From an uncultured Deinococcales bacterium (lineage in GTDB: Bacteria; Deinococcota; Deinococci; Deinococcales; JAAFIG01), in NCBI GenBank assembly GCA_964244895.1, contig CAXTKV010000008.1, positions 9,072 through 53,185 on the forward strand: a stretch of 44,114 nucleotides of DNA. The letters are read 5' to 3'. The position numbers were made by a program, and so were the translations under genes. Of this stretch, positions 20,120 to 29,777 are shown one piece after another. The notes below the pieces were generated by a model. The model worked only from the letters and a program-made list of their open reading frames with translations, was not told the origin of the DNA and made no database searches. Within the stretch, counting starts at the first letter, position 1, and each line of letters starts with the position of its first letter.

Positions 20120-21202
20120 TCAAGCCTCGAGAATCCGTTCGTCGAAACCCGCGCGCAGCGCACCCGGTCGCGCTGGACGGCTTTCAATTTCCACGCGATG
20201 ACCCGAACGCGCGGATTCCAGGCTGGCGTGCATGACCTCGAGCGCGTGGTACGCGAGCGCGCCGCTGGCGCGGTGATCGCGGTTCGCAGCCATCGCGTAG
20301 ACCATCTCGCTGACGCCCAGACCGCGAGAGTTCTGATCGTAGCCGTGCGTCAAGGCGATCTCCTGCGCGTCCTGTGTGCCGCCTTTCAGCAGGCGAATCG
20401 GGCCGCCGAAATGGTTCGGGTCGTTGCACAGAAGCGTGCCTTCGGAACCGTGAATCTCGAGGTGCGCGTGCTCGCGCGGGTGAATGTCGAAGCTCGTGAC
20501 CAGCGTGGCAATAGGGCCGCCCTGAAATTCCAGCGCCGACGCCACGTGCGTGGGCGTGTTGACCGGGATTTTCTCACCTGATTTCGCGGTGCGCTCCGCG
20601 AAGCTCGCGCGGGCGGCGCTGCTGACGCGCGCGATCGGCCCGAGCAGGCTGACCAGCGCCGTCAAATAGTACGGCCCCATGTCGAACATCGGCCCCGCGC
20701 CCGGTTGGTAGAAAAACGCCGGGTTCGGATGCCACGCGTCCGGCCCGCGCGAGTGCATCCAGGCGGTCGCCGCCACGGGCGAGCCGATAACGCCGTCGTC
20801 GATCAGTTTGCGGCAGGTCTGCAAGCCCGCGCCCAAAAAGGTGTCCGGTGCGCAACCGACGCGCAGGTTTTTGGATTGCGCCAGTTCCAGTAAGGCTCGA
20901 GCGTCGCTGAGTTCAATCGCCAGGGGTTTCTCGTTGTAGACGTGCTTTCCGGCCTTCAGGGCGCTGTGCGCGACCTCGGCGTGAACCGCCGGGATGGTCA
21001 GGTTGATGACCAGTTCCAGATCGTCCATCGCCAGCAATTCGTCAGGCAATACAGCCCTGGGAATGCCGTGCTTTTGCGCCTGGGATTTCGCGCGTTCCAG
21101 GTCGATGTCCGCGCACGCCACGATCTCGAGGTTGCTGAAGCGTTCGTTCGCCTCGAGGTAAATTCCGGAGATGTTGCCGCAACCGATCACGCCGATACGC
21201 AT
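20120..21202 (-). CDS. Gfo/Idh/MocA family oxidoreductase
   Basis: IGVIGCGNIS, GKHVYNEKPLA, GCAPDTFLG, GAGPMFDMGPYY. Confidence 0.93.
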   Translation of the reverse strand: MRIGVIGCGNISGIYLEANERFSNLEIVACADIDLERAKSQAQKHGIPRAVLPDELLAMDDLELVINLTIPAVHAEVAHSALKAGKHVYNEKPLAIELSDARALLELAQSKNLRVGCAPDTFLGAGLQTCRKLIDDGVIGSPVAATAWMHSRGPDAWHPNPAFFYQPGAGPMFDMGPYYLTALVSLLGPIARVSSAARASFAERTAKSGEKIPVNTPTHVASALEFQGGPIATLVTSFDIHPREHAHLEIHGSEGTLLCNDPNHFGGPIRLLKGGTQDAQEIALTHGYDQNSRGLGVSEMVYAMAANRDHRASGALAYHALEVMHASLESARSGHRVEIESRPARPGALRAGFDERILEA

Positions 21203-21287
21203 GGGAAAAGGTTAACACGCGCCCCGTGGTGGACGGTTCGTGCGCCGCGCACCAGGATCGCTTCGGGCGGGGATCAAACAACCCGGA

Positions 21288-21923
21288 CTATTCGCGCCTG
21301 GGTTTCTGGCTGACGGCAATGTCCTGGGATTTCGGGCGTTCAGGCACCACGACCGTACCCTCCTCGAGCGCCAGAGGTCGTTTCTGCGCGGCCCGCAACC
21401 CCGCGATCAGCGCGGCCAGCGATCTGGGCCACGGCACGCGCAGCACCAGCGGTTCCAGCCGCCAGAAATGCAGGAACATCAGGTCGCCCGCGCCGATTTC
21501 CGTGAGTTCCACGAATCGGAAATGGTGCGGCTCGAGATACCCCGACGGGGCGCGTCCCTTGCCGCGAGCCGCCAGCGCCCAGCCCGAGGGTTTCTGCGGC
21601 CCGCCCGCGCCCAGCACCAGCCGCAGGCCGTGGGTCGTGACCAGGATGGCCGCCGCGCCAGCCCGTTTGAATTCTCCCCTGGCTTCGAGCCCGAAAAAAA
21701 ACGTGCCCAGACCGTGCGCCAGCCAGCGTTCGCCGTTATCGAGCGCCCAGGGTGCGCCGTAGGGTGTGGGCGCTCCGGCGTCGTGACCGAGCTGCGAGAT
21801 GTGCGCTTCGAGTGCCCGTTCTTCGGGCCAGTCTGCGCCCGCGAAATGCGCGGTGATCGCCTCGGCCAGCACCTCGTCTTTCGAGGCGGCCAGGGCGTGT
21901 TCCGGCAGGCGACGCAAGCTCAC
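21288..21923 (-). CDS. Hypothetical protein
   Basis: 211-aa ORF starting 7 nt after the MBL stop; protein-like composition; no motif recognised. Confidence 0.6.
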   Translation of the reverse strand: MSLRRLPEHALAASKDEVLAEAITAHFAGADWPEERALEAHISQLGHDAGAPTPYGAPWALDNGERWLAHGLGTFFFGLEARGEFKRAGAAAILVTTHGLRLVLGAGGPQKPSGWALAARGKGRAPSGYLEPHHFRFVELTEIGAGDLMFLHFWRLEPLVLRVPWPRSLAALIAGLRAAQKRPLALEEGTVVVPERPKSQDIAVSQKPRRE

Positions 21924-21929
21924 AAAAGC

Positions 21930-22598
21930 CTAACTCGAGAACGGGAACTGGATTCCGGGGCCGCGTACCACGCTGCCGTGACCGCAGCAGACGGCGTCCA
22001 GCTCGAGCTTTGATTCCGTTTGAATGGATTCCTTGCCGCGTTGCAGATTCCAGGTGAACGGCCCCGCCCCGAAGCTCAGCTTGCCACCGTTGGCCATCAT
22101 CGAATCGCCCGCGAACAACACCCGCTTTGACGGCGCGTAAAACGAGACGTGATCCGGCGTGTGACCCGGCGTGGAAATCACGTTCAGCCCGCCCAGCACG
22201 GGCAATACCTGTCCATCGTGGATCACGCCATCGGCCCGTTGCGGGGTTATTTTGGGCATCATCAGGTTGATCATCAACTTGATGACCGCGCCGTTCGGGG
22301 GACGGCTGGCCTGCCCCTCGCCCATCGCGTCGGCCTCAATCTGGCTGGCCAGGATGCTCGCGCCCGTGGCCTTCTTGAGTTCCGCCGCGCCGCCCGTGTG
22401 GTCGGGATCGGAATGCGTGATCAGGATGCGTTTCAGATCGCCCGGCTTGCGCCCCAGCGACGCAATCGTCTCGAGCACCAGCTTCGGCCCGGAGCGCCCC
22501 ACGCCCGTGTCGATTAGCGTCAGACCGTCAGCTTCGAGGATCAGGTACAGGTTCACGAAAGAATTTTTGAGCTGGTGAATGCCCGGCAGGATTTCCAT
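21930..22598 (-). CDS. MBL-fold metallo-hydrolase
   Basis: LIDTG, ITHSDPDHTGG, TPGHTPDH, FAGD, CGHG; GAGGAG RBS. Confidence 0.9.
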   Translation of the reverse strand: MEILPGIHQLKNSFVNLYLILEADGLTLIDTGVGRSGPKLVLETIASLGRKPGDLKRILITHSDPDHTGGAAELKKATGASILASQIEADAMGEGQASRPPNGAVIKLMINLMMPKITPQRADGVIHDGQVLPVLGGLNVISTPGHTPDHVSFYAPSKRVLFAGDSMMANGGKLSFGAGPFTWNLQRGKESIQTESKLELDAVCCGHGSVVRGPGIQFPFSS

Positions 22599-22844
22599 TG
22601 TCGGCTCCTCGCGGCTCGAGCATAACAATCTGCCCGTCCGGCATTGATGCGGTGAGCACGGTCTGGGAAGCTCAGAATTCAAGGGTCAGGTCAGGCTCGA
22701 TCCAGGGCGCACTCATCCTCGATCGTCCCGTTGCGGCTGATCCTCGAGAAAGACCGTCCGGGACGTGAATTTGGTGTCTCGAAAAACACCGTGCTGGACG
22801 GTATTTCGGTCATTCTTGAAACTCGAGAAACCTGTTCGAGACAC

Positions 22845-23606
22845 TTATTTGCGGGGTGTTTTCAGGGTTCTCGATTTGCTGGACGCGACCGCGCTCGCAG
22901 GTTTTTCTCGCGCCGCTAGAGCTGCCACCTCGCGCGCCGCCAGCGCAGCGACCTCGCGCGCCGCCAGCGCGACGTACCCCTCCACCAATCGCACGATCAC
23001 CGGGTTGTGCGTGTGAACGCCGTGGGGTTCGACCTGACCGTCAAAAACCATGTGCGCCACGACCGCCGCCTCGCCGTCGCGGGCCACCAGCAGGGGGTCC
23101 TGCCCGGACGCTGCGATCGGTGGTAAGCCTTCAAGCGCACCGCGCACCACGTTCACGCCGCGCCCGACGCGGGCTTCCAGGCCATCCAGGAAAGCGGTGT
23201 CCCCGGCCAGGTGAAGGCTGCGGCGGGCGTTGCTGGCGATGTCCTCGATCAATCCCCGGATCGCGCCCTCGCCGCGCAACGGGTAGACGGCTTCGGGTGC
23301 GGGGTCGGGCGTCAGCCTGGACAGGGCGCGCTCGAGCCCCTCGATCCGACCCGTGAACTCGCGTTCGGCCCGCGCGATGTACTCGCGGGTGCTGAGGGGC
23401 GCGTACTCCAGCGGGGCGCTCTGGGTGCGGGTGGCCAGCCCCCTGGCCTCGAGCCGTTCCAAGGTTTCGTAAACTTTCGGTCGCGGAATCCGCGATGCCC
23501 GCGCGATCTTGGCGGGTTGCGCCCGCCCCAGACCGAGCAGGGCGACGTAGGCTCGGGCCTCGTATTCGGTCAGACCCAGGGCTTGCAGGTGATGGTGCGC
23601 TTCCAC
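22845..23606 (-). CDS. TrmB family transcriptional regulator
   Basis: LGLTEYEARAYVALL...IPRPKVYETLERLE wHTH. Confidence 0.9.
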   Translation of the reverse strand: MEAHHHLQALGLTEYEARAYVALLGLGRAQPAKIARASRIPRPKVYETLERLEARGLATRTQSAPLEYAPLSTREYIARAEREFTGRIEGLERALSRLTPDPAPEAVYPLRGEGAIRGLIEDIASNARRSLHLAGDTAFLDGLEARVGRGVNVVRGALEGLPPIAASGQDPLLVARDGEAAVVAHMVFDGQVEPHGVHTHNPVIVRLVEGYVALAAREVAALAAREVAALAAREKPASAVASSKSRTLKTPRK

Positions 23607-23778
23607 GGGATCATGTTACGGCCTGGGTGACACGCGGCGCGAACGCCTCCCGACCCAGAAACCGGGATCGTGAACGCCCGAGACTCGTTTTTGGCCCGAA
23701 AATACCGTCCGGGACGGTGTTCCTGATCCATAGCGCGGCCACGAAGCCAAATTCTCACGCTCGAGCTACGATGACCCA

Positions 23779-25338
23779 ATGGCCTCAGCGATTCGACCGG
23801 GCGCACCGCAGACGGCTTTCCTGCTGCGGGCGGACGATGTTCAACAGATCGACGCGGCAGCCGCCGACGCGGGCATTCCCGTGGTGATCCTGATGGAAAA
23901 CGCGGGGCGAGCCGTGGCCGACGCGATCCGCCGAGAACACCAGAAACCGTGCCGCGCATTGGTGGCGTGCGGCAAGGGCAACAACGGCGGCGATGGCCTG
24001 GTGGTCGCGCGCCACCTCGCGGCGTCCGGCTACGGCGTGACCGTGCTGACCGCGCCCGGTGCTGGTGAATCCGAACCGTCCAGCACGATGCGTTCTGCCC
24101 TGGATGCGTGGCGCGTCTCCGTCAGGAATCTCGGGGACGAAATCGAGCATCTGGAAAATGCCGCCTGGCCTTACGAGATCGTGGTGGACGCGCTCTACGG
24201 TTCGGGTTTCAGACCGCCCTTGCGCGACCTCGAGGCGCGGTTCCTGCGCCGCCTGAAGGACATTCGCGGTAGCCTGGAGGTCTGGGCGGTGGACGTACCG
24301 ACCGGTTTCACCGACGCGCTCGAGCCATCGCCGGATGCGGTGGGTGCGGATTTCACGGTCGCGCTGACCGGACTCAAGCCTTCGCTGGTCTTCAATCCCG
24401 CCGCTGATATGGCCGGTCGAGTCCAGGTCGGTGATGTCGGCGTTCCGCCGTGGATCACCGCCCAGCACGCCACCGCCGGGGTCGCGCAACCGAACGCCTT
24501 TCCTCTGCCACACCGCGCCAGGGACGCCCACAAGGGAACCGCCGGACGCGTGCTGGTGCTGGGCGGGTTGGAATCGTACCCCGGCGCACCCGCGCTGGCG
24601 GCGCTGGGGGCGTTCAGGGCGGGAGCGGGACTGGTCGAGGTCGTCGCACCGGAACGCGCTGGGTTGGGCGCACCGATGGAGGCCACGCGGCGAACGATTC
24701 CAAGTTGGACTCGGGAAAACCTGACTTTTTTGGCTCACGAAAAATTCGATGCGCTCGCGGCGGGCATGGGCATGGGCGCGGTCGAAACGGACGCGCTGGA
24801 GCTTCTTTGCCACCTCGAGAAACCCGTGCTGCTGGACGCAGATGCCCTCCAGCCCGAACTGGAAACCTGGCTGAAATCGCGCTGGGCATCGCACGACCAT
24901 CCCGTACCGGACGCCGTGCTGACCCCCCACCCCGGCGAGGCCGCGCGACTGCTGGGCGTTAAAACCACCGATATCACCCGCGACCCGCTCGAGGCGGCTC
25001 GAGCCCTGACCGAGCGCTACTGCGCGGTGGTCGTGCTGAAGGGCGGTCCGAGCGTCGTGGCGCACCTGGAGCGTTCCCCGGAGGGCGTCCGAACGCGCCT
25101 GTGGGTCAATACCACCGGCAATCCCGGCATGGCGACCGGCGGCGCGGGAGACGTGCTTTCCGGCGTGATCGCGGCCTTGATGGGACAGGGTTTAGGCGCG
25201 GTGGACGCCGCACGGCTGGGCGTGTACCTGCACGGTCGCGCGGGCGATCTGGCGGCGCAATCGAAGGGTTACGGCCTGATCGCTTCAGACGTGGCCGAGC
25301 AGATCCCGGCGGCCTGGCTGGAACTCGAGCGGGGTTAG
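23779..25338 (+). CDS. nnr: Bifunctional NAD(P)H-hydrate epimerase/dehydratase
   Basis: LMENAG, CGKGNNGGDG, VDALYGSG, HKGTAG, DADAL, LTPHPGE, GNPGMATGGAGDVLSG. Confidence 0.93.
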   Translation: MASAIRPGAPQTAFLLRADDVQQIDAAAADAGIPVVILMENAGRAVADAIRREHQKPCRALVACGKGNNGGDGLVVARHLAASGYGVTVLTAPGAGESEPSSTMRSALDAWRVSVRNLGDEIEHLENAAWPYEIVVDALYGSGFRPPLRDLEARFLRRLKDIRGSLEVWAVDVPTGFTDALEPSPDAVGADFTVALTGLKPSLVFNPAADMAGRVQVGDVGVPPWITAQHATAGVAQPNAFPLPHRARDAHKGTAGRVLVLGGLESYPGAPALAALGAFRAGAGLVEVVAPERAGLGAPMEATRRTIPSWTRENLTFLAHEKFDALAAGMGMGAVETDALELLCHLEKPVLLDADALQPELETWLKSRWASHDHPVPDAVLTPHPGEAARLLGVKTTDITRDPLEAARALTERYCAVVVLKGGPSVVAHLERSPEGVRTRLWVNTTGNPGMATGGAGDVLSGVIAALMGQGLGAVDAARLGVYLHGRAGDLAAQSKGYGLIASDVAEQIPAAWLELERG

Positions 25339-25451
25339 ACCGTCCCAGAGGCGTTTTCTCGAGTAGAAATAAATGTGTCCCAGACGGTGTTCCATTGCAA
25401 AACCTGAGATTCAAATCAGTTCGCGGAACGCGCCGATGCTAACCTTCTGGC

Positions 25452-25883
25452 ATGATCGCCAAGGAACGAATCGGCATAGACGAAGCCAGAGAAGTCCTCG
25501 AGACCGCCAAAAACATCGCCGTGGTCGGGGTCAGCGCCGCACCGGAAAAACCCGCGCATTACGTGCCGGAATACATGCACCAGCGCGGCTACCGGATCAT
25601 CCCCGTGAATGCGTCCATGGCCGGACAGACGCTCTTTGGTGAACCCGTGCGCTCGAGCCTTCAAGAAATTGCTGCGCCCGTGGACGTGGTGGACATGTTC
25701 CGCCGCGCAGAGCACCTCGAAGGCCACCTGGACGACATTCTGGCCATGAACCCCAGGCCGAAGCTGGTGTGGTTGCAGCTCGGGATTCGCAACGATGAAT
25801 TCACCAGAAAGCTGCTCGAGGCGGGCATCGAGGTCGTGCAGGACAGGTGCTTGCTGGCCGACCACCGCAATCTGGGTTTGTGA
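25452..25883 (+). CDS. CoA-binding protein (YccU-like)
   Basis: IAVVGVS, GYRIIPVN, VDVVDMFR, VWLQLGI, VVQDRC. Confidence 0.9.
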   Translation: MIAKERIGIDEAREVLETAKNIAVVGVSAAPEKPAHYVPEYMHQRGYRIIPVNASMAGQTLFGEPVRSSLQEIAAPVDVVDMFRRAEHLEGHLDDILAMNPRPKLVWLQLGIRNDEFTRKLLEAGIEVVQDRCLLADHRNLGL

Positions 25884-26030
25884 CCGAAGGGGATCTCGAG
25901 CCCCCGCTTTCACCGAACTGTTCCCGTGCGTGCATGAAAACACCGTCCAGCACGATCTTCTGATTGCGCGCGCGAACCGTTTGAAACGCGCGGGCCAAAC
26001 CGTCCAACGCGCCCGGCGTAGACTGCCGCG

Positions 26031-26738
26031 ATGACAGCCGCACACCTCCAACTCCAGGATCTCGAGGTCACGCTCGCCAGGACGCGAATCCTGAACGGCG
26101 TCAACATGAGCCTCAACGCGGAACTCGTCTGGCTGGTCGGGCGCAACGGCGCGGGCAAGAGTACGCTGATGCGCGCCATCGCGGGATTGCTGCCCTCCAA
26201 GGGCGAAATCCTGATCGCCGATCACGCGCCGCGCTCGCTCGAAGCCCGCGCGCGCTTCTGCTACGTGCCCGACGAACCCGCGCTCTACGAGGACCTGACC
26301 CTCAAGGAGCACGCGCGTTTCGTGTCGCTGGCCTACCGCCAACCCGAAGCCGAAGGCCGCATCACCGCCTGGCTCGAGCGGTTTTTACTGGATGAGCGCA
26401 CCGACGAATTCCCGTCCAGCCACTCGCGCGGCATGAGGCAAAAACTTTCGCTGTCCCTCGCGCTCGGGCTGGACGTGCCCCTGCTGATGCTGGACGAACC
26501 CTTCAACGGCCTGGACGTGCAGGCGCAAGAAGAACTCTCCAAAGGTCTGCGCGAGCGCGTCAAGGCCGGGAAGGCCGTGCTGGTGACGGCCCACCAGGGC
26601 GACGTGGCGCGCAACATGCTGGGCGGCGGCGTCAAGGCGCGCGTGATGCAAATTGAAGACGGTGAACTCCACCAGATCGACCTCGAGAAGGGCGTGCGCA
26701 TCGAACGCGAGGCCTTCGAGGAAGAGGCCAGCGCGTGA
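26031..26738 (+). CDS. ABC transporter ATP-binding protein (EcsA-like)
   Basis: GRNGAGKST, SRGMRQK signature, LMLDEPFNGLD, H-loop. Confidence 0.9.
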   Translation: MTAAHLQLQDLEVTLARTRILNGVNMSLNAELVWLVGRNGAGKSTLMRAIAGLLPSKGEILIADHAPRSLEARARFCYVPDEPALYEDLTLKEHARFVSLAYRQPEAEGRITAWLERFLLDERTDEFPSSHSRGMRQKLSLSLALGLDVPLLMLDEPFNGLDVQAQEELSKGLRERVKAGKAVLVTAHQGDVARNMLGGGVKARVMQIEDGELHQIDLEKGVRIEREAFEEEASA

Positions 26739-28177
26739 CCCGAGGCAACCCCCCGGAGGACGCCGTGCGCTACGCCCGCCGATTGACGCTTCTACGCGGC
26801 CTGCGCGGGTACGTGGACTGGGTGGGCCGCGCGGTCGGCTGGGGCACGGTCGCCTGGATTCTGTTCTGGCTGGTGATTTACGCCATCGCCAGCGCCCAGA
26901 TTCTGCCCAGGATCAACCCGCCGATCAACACCAGCAACCTGCCCGTCATTTTCTCGATCTCGAGCGCCGCGATTTTGTTTTTCGTGACGCTGCGTTCCCG
27001 CACGCCGCCCGCCTTCCTGGGACGGCGCGACCTGTACCGCCTGGGGTTGCCCGCCCTGGCCGGAACCGACGTGATGGCCTGGCCGATCAACCAGGCCAGA
27101 GGTCTGCGCTTTGCCATCGGTGTGGTGCTGGGCGCGGTCTGGACGCTGGTGGCGAGCGCCTGGTTCGGCGTTTCTGTGCCCTGGGCCGCGCCGACCCTGG
27201 CGCTGGTGATGATGGTCAGCCTGGATCTGGAATGGCTGTCCTACGCCGCGCGCGACCGCGACAACCGCGCCGCGAACCTGTGGCTGAACGCTGCGCTGGC
27301 GGTCGTGATCGTCTCGAGCCTGACGGCCTGGTTGCTGGGTGTCGGCCTGCTGAGCGGCCTGTGGAACCCGAACCCGGCTGGGTTGATCGCGCCCGTGGCG
27401 CTGGCCGCGATCGGTTGGGTCGGCACGACCGCCAGCTTGCGCTTCGGCTACCCGACGCGCTTCGCCACGCACGCGCAGATTCTGGGCGAGTTGCGCGCCA
27501 TGCAGTTCATGATGATCCTGACGCGCTCCATGCCCGATCCCGACCAGCAGCGCCGATTGCGCGACCAGTTGCGCGATTCCCCGACCGCCATCCGGCCCAA
27601 CCGATTCCTGCCCGTGCCCGCACCGGATTCCGGCGCTCGAGGCGCGCTGGCCTGGCGCACCGCGCTGACGCTGTACCGCCGCCCATTGCTCGAGCAACTG
27701 GATTTGATCGTGCGGTTGGGCGTGGTGGCCTTGTCCAGCATCAGCCTGGTGCGCGGCCCCGGCGGGCTTTTGCTGGAAGTGATCGCGCTGGTGTTCCTGC
27801 TGCCGCGATTGATCGGCCCGGAAGCGCCCAACCCGATGATGCCGATCAACGGCGGCGAACGCACGCTGGGGCGCACCCTGCCCGGCATCGGCGTGATCCT
27901 GATCGGCAGCCTGATCGCCGCCTTGATCGCCGCACTGATCACGCCTTTCGACCCCAACCTGATCGTGACCGCCGTGACCCGCACGATCCTGGCGCTGGTG
28001 GTGCTGGAAAAATTTGCCGTCTGGCGCGGCACCAGCCCGCGCTCGATCGAATCCTCGATCAGTGCCGCGCTGCTGGCGGTTCTTCCGACGGTGCTGCTGG
28101 ACGCGTTCGGGCTGGGTTCGCTCGCGCCGACGGTGCAGATCGCGCTGATCGGGTTGCTGCTGCTGCCCACGCCGTAG
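26735..28177 (+). CDS. Polytopic membrane protein, probable ABC exporter permease
   Basis: Many hydrophobic segments; GTGA overlap with the ATPase stop. Confidence 0.75.
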   Translation: MTRGNPPEDAVRYARRLTLLRGLRGYVDWVGRAVGWGTVAWILFWLVIYAIASAQILPRINPPINTSNLPVIFSISSAAILFFVTLRSRTPPAFLGRRDLYRLGLPALAGTDVMAWPINQARGLRFAIGVVLGAVWTLVASAWFGVSVPWAAPTLALVMMVSLDLEWLSYAARDRDNRAANLWLNAALAVVIVSSLTAWLLGVGLLSGLWNPNPAGLIAPVALAAIGWVGTTASLRFGYPTRFATHAQILGELRAMQFMMILTRSMPDPDQQRRLRDQLRDSPTAIRPNRFLPVPAPDSGARGALAWRTALTLYRRPLLEQLDLIVRLGVVALSSISLVRGPGGLLLEVIALVFLLPRLIGPEAPNPMMPINGGERTLGRTLPGIGVILIGSLIAALIAALITPFDPNLIVTAVTRTILALVVLEKFAVWRGTSPRSIESSISAALLAVLPTVLLDAFGLGSLAPTVQIALIGLLLLPTP

Positions 28178-28200
28178 CTCGAGGGTGCATGACCCTCAAG

Positions 28201-28250
28201 AAACACCGTTCAGCACACGTATTCTTATTTGCGTGCTGGACGGTGTTCTC
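28201..28250. repeat. Paired inverted copy of the dispersed repeat between convergent genes
   Basis: AAACACCGTTCAGCAC...GCGTGCTGGACGGTGTTCTC. Confidence 0.85.
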
Positions 28251-28262
28251 GAGCCGGGATTC

Positions 28263-29300
28263 TTACTTCGACTGGTGGCAGACCACGCAGGCCATCGCGG
28301 AACTGGCCACGACCAGCTCGGGTTGCTGGGTCGGATCGGGATTCTTGTACGCCACGGCGCGCGCCTCGAGATTGGCGACGTGATCTTCGAGGATGGCTCG
28401 GTACGGCCAGCTCTGGTAGGTCGGCGTCATCTTGGCCAGCCCGTAGATCGTCCTGGCGGCAGCCGTGCGGCCCTGTTTGACCAGCACGTCGCCCCAGTGC
28501 ATGAAGAAGCCTTCCAGGTTGTACGGCGCAATTTGCGTGTTCGTGCAGGCGCGGCGTACACCGTCCGAGAGTTGGTTGCGGGCGGCGCGATCCAGGAAGG
28601 TCTGGTTGAGCGCGGGCAAGCGCGCCAGCGCGGTATCGTCGCGGCTGACGGTCACGTTGGCGCAGACCTCGAAGTTGTGCCACATCGCTTCGACGGATTC
28701 GTTGAACCGTTCCGATCCCGCCGGAAGCTGGCTCAGGCCGACGCTCAGCACGAACAAATTGAATTCCGGGTAGGCGCTCACGCCATCCTGGATGGTCAGG
28801 TAGCCGTCGGTGGTCAGTTTGGGATCGTCGTTGATGCTGCCGAGCGCCAATCGCAAAACCCCGATGAATCCGGGCAAGCGCCCGTCTTTCGGCTCGAGCC
28901 GGTAGGCTTCCTGGAGGTAGCGCTCGGAAAGAATCGCGGAATCGGTGACGCGCGGGTCTGGGGTCTGGACGCGCTCGCGTTCGCTGACATTCCAGAGGTG
29001 CGCCAGTCCCAGCAGGCGCGCCAGTTCTGGATCGTTCGGCGTCTCCAGGTACGCCGCCGTGAGCAGGCGCAGGGATTCCGGGAGTTCCGCGTAGCGTCCG
29101 GCGTGAAAGCCCTCCCAGAAGGTCTGCTGGGCGCTGCGGGCGAGCGGCGTTTCAGACGCGCGGACGGTTTTGTCCGGCGTGGAACTGAGCGCGAAATACC
29201 GGGTCGGGCTGACGATCGTGCAGGCGGCCAGGACTGCGCTCAGGCCGAGCGCGATCACCAGGGCGCGCGTCGGGTTGAACCATCGTGGTGCGGGTTTCAT
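28263..29300 (-). CDS. Hypothetical lipoprotein with extreme C-terminal CxxCH
   Basis: LSAVLAAC lipobox; helical body; ends ...SAMACVVCHQSK. Confidence 0.75.
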   Translation of the reverse strand: MKPAPRWFNPTRALVIALGLSAVLAACTIVSPTRYFALSSTPDKTVRASETPLARSAQQTFWEGFHAGRYAELPESLRLLTAAYLETPNDPELARLLGLAHLWNVSERERVQTPDPRVTDSAILSERYLQEAYRLEPKDGRLPGFIGVLRLALGSINDDPKLTTDGYLTIQDGVSAYPEFNLFVLSVGLSQLPAGSERFNESVEAMWHNFEVCANVTVSRDDTALARLPALNQTFLDRAARNQLSDGVRRACTNTQIAPYNLEGFFMHWGDVLVKQGRTAAARTIYGLAKMTPTYQSWPYRAILEDHVANLEARAVAYKNPDPTQQPELVVASSAMACVVCHQSK

Positions 29301-29327
29301 GGGTTCCTCCGGGGAGATGGATTCAAC

Positions 29328-29777
29328 TCAGATGGCTTCGGGTTGGGTCGCGCCGTGAGGGTTTCTCGAGCCCAACGCGGCGCGCACGCCCAGGTAAACC
29401 GCGAAGCCGAGCGGCCCGAACATCAGGATCAGCGCCAGGACGAACGCCATCAGGAACGGGTTGATCCCGCGCTCGTGGGCGTCCAGGTACGCCCAGCGCC
29501 CCACGAACAGATCGAAGGCCAGGAAGTGAACCCACGCAATCGTCGCGCCTTGCGGCGATCCCAACAGCGCCTGAATGCCCGCCAGGTTGGGGTTGGCCAG
29601 CGCGGGCAGCAGTGAAACGACGTTCGGCAAGACCAGAACCGCGTACAACGCGGCGGCGGGCAGACTGATGTACGGCGATCCGATGATGCGGCGCGTCCAC
29701 GACCAGCGCGGCGCGAAAATCATCAGCGCCCAGAACGGCATGACCAGCAAGCTACTGAGCGAGAACAGGGTGTCCAT
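29328..29777 (-). CDS. ABA4-like family membrane protein (DUF4281)
   Basis: PFWALMIFAPRWSWT, AWVHFLAFDLFVGRW, LMFGPLG. Confidence 0.88.
   Translation of the reverse strand: MDTLFSLSSLLVMPFWALMIFAPRWSWTRRIIGSPYISLPAAALYAVLVLPNVVSLLPALANPNLAGIQALLGSPQGATIAWVHFLAFDLFVGRWAYLDAHERGINPFLMAFVLALILMFGPLGFAVYLGVRAALGSRNPHGATQPEAI

Noticed and set aside
26653..28383. Long Arg/Pro/Gly-rich ORFs (also 247-1281, 3243-4574, 6506-7975, 7285-8154, 23785-25065, 28185-29615, 42138-43184)
   Set aside because: They overlap well-supported genes in another frame or strand and are typical high-GC shadow ORFs
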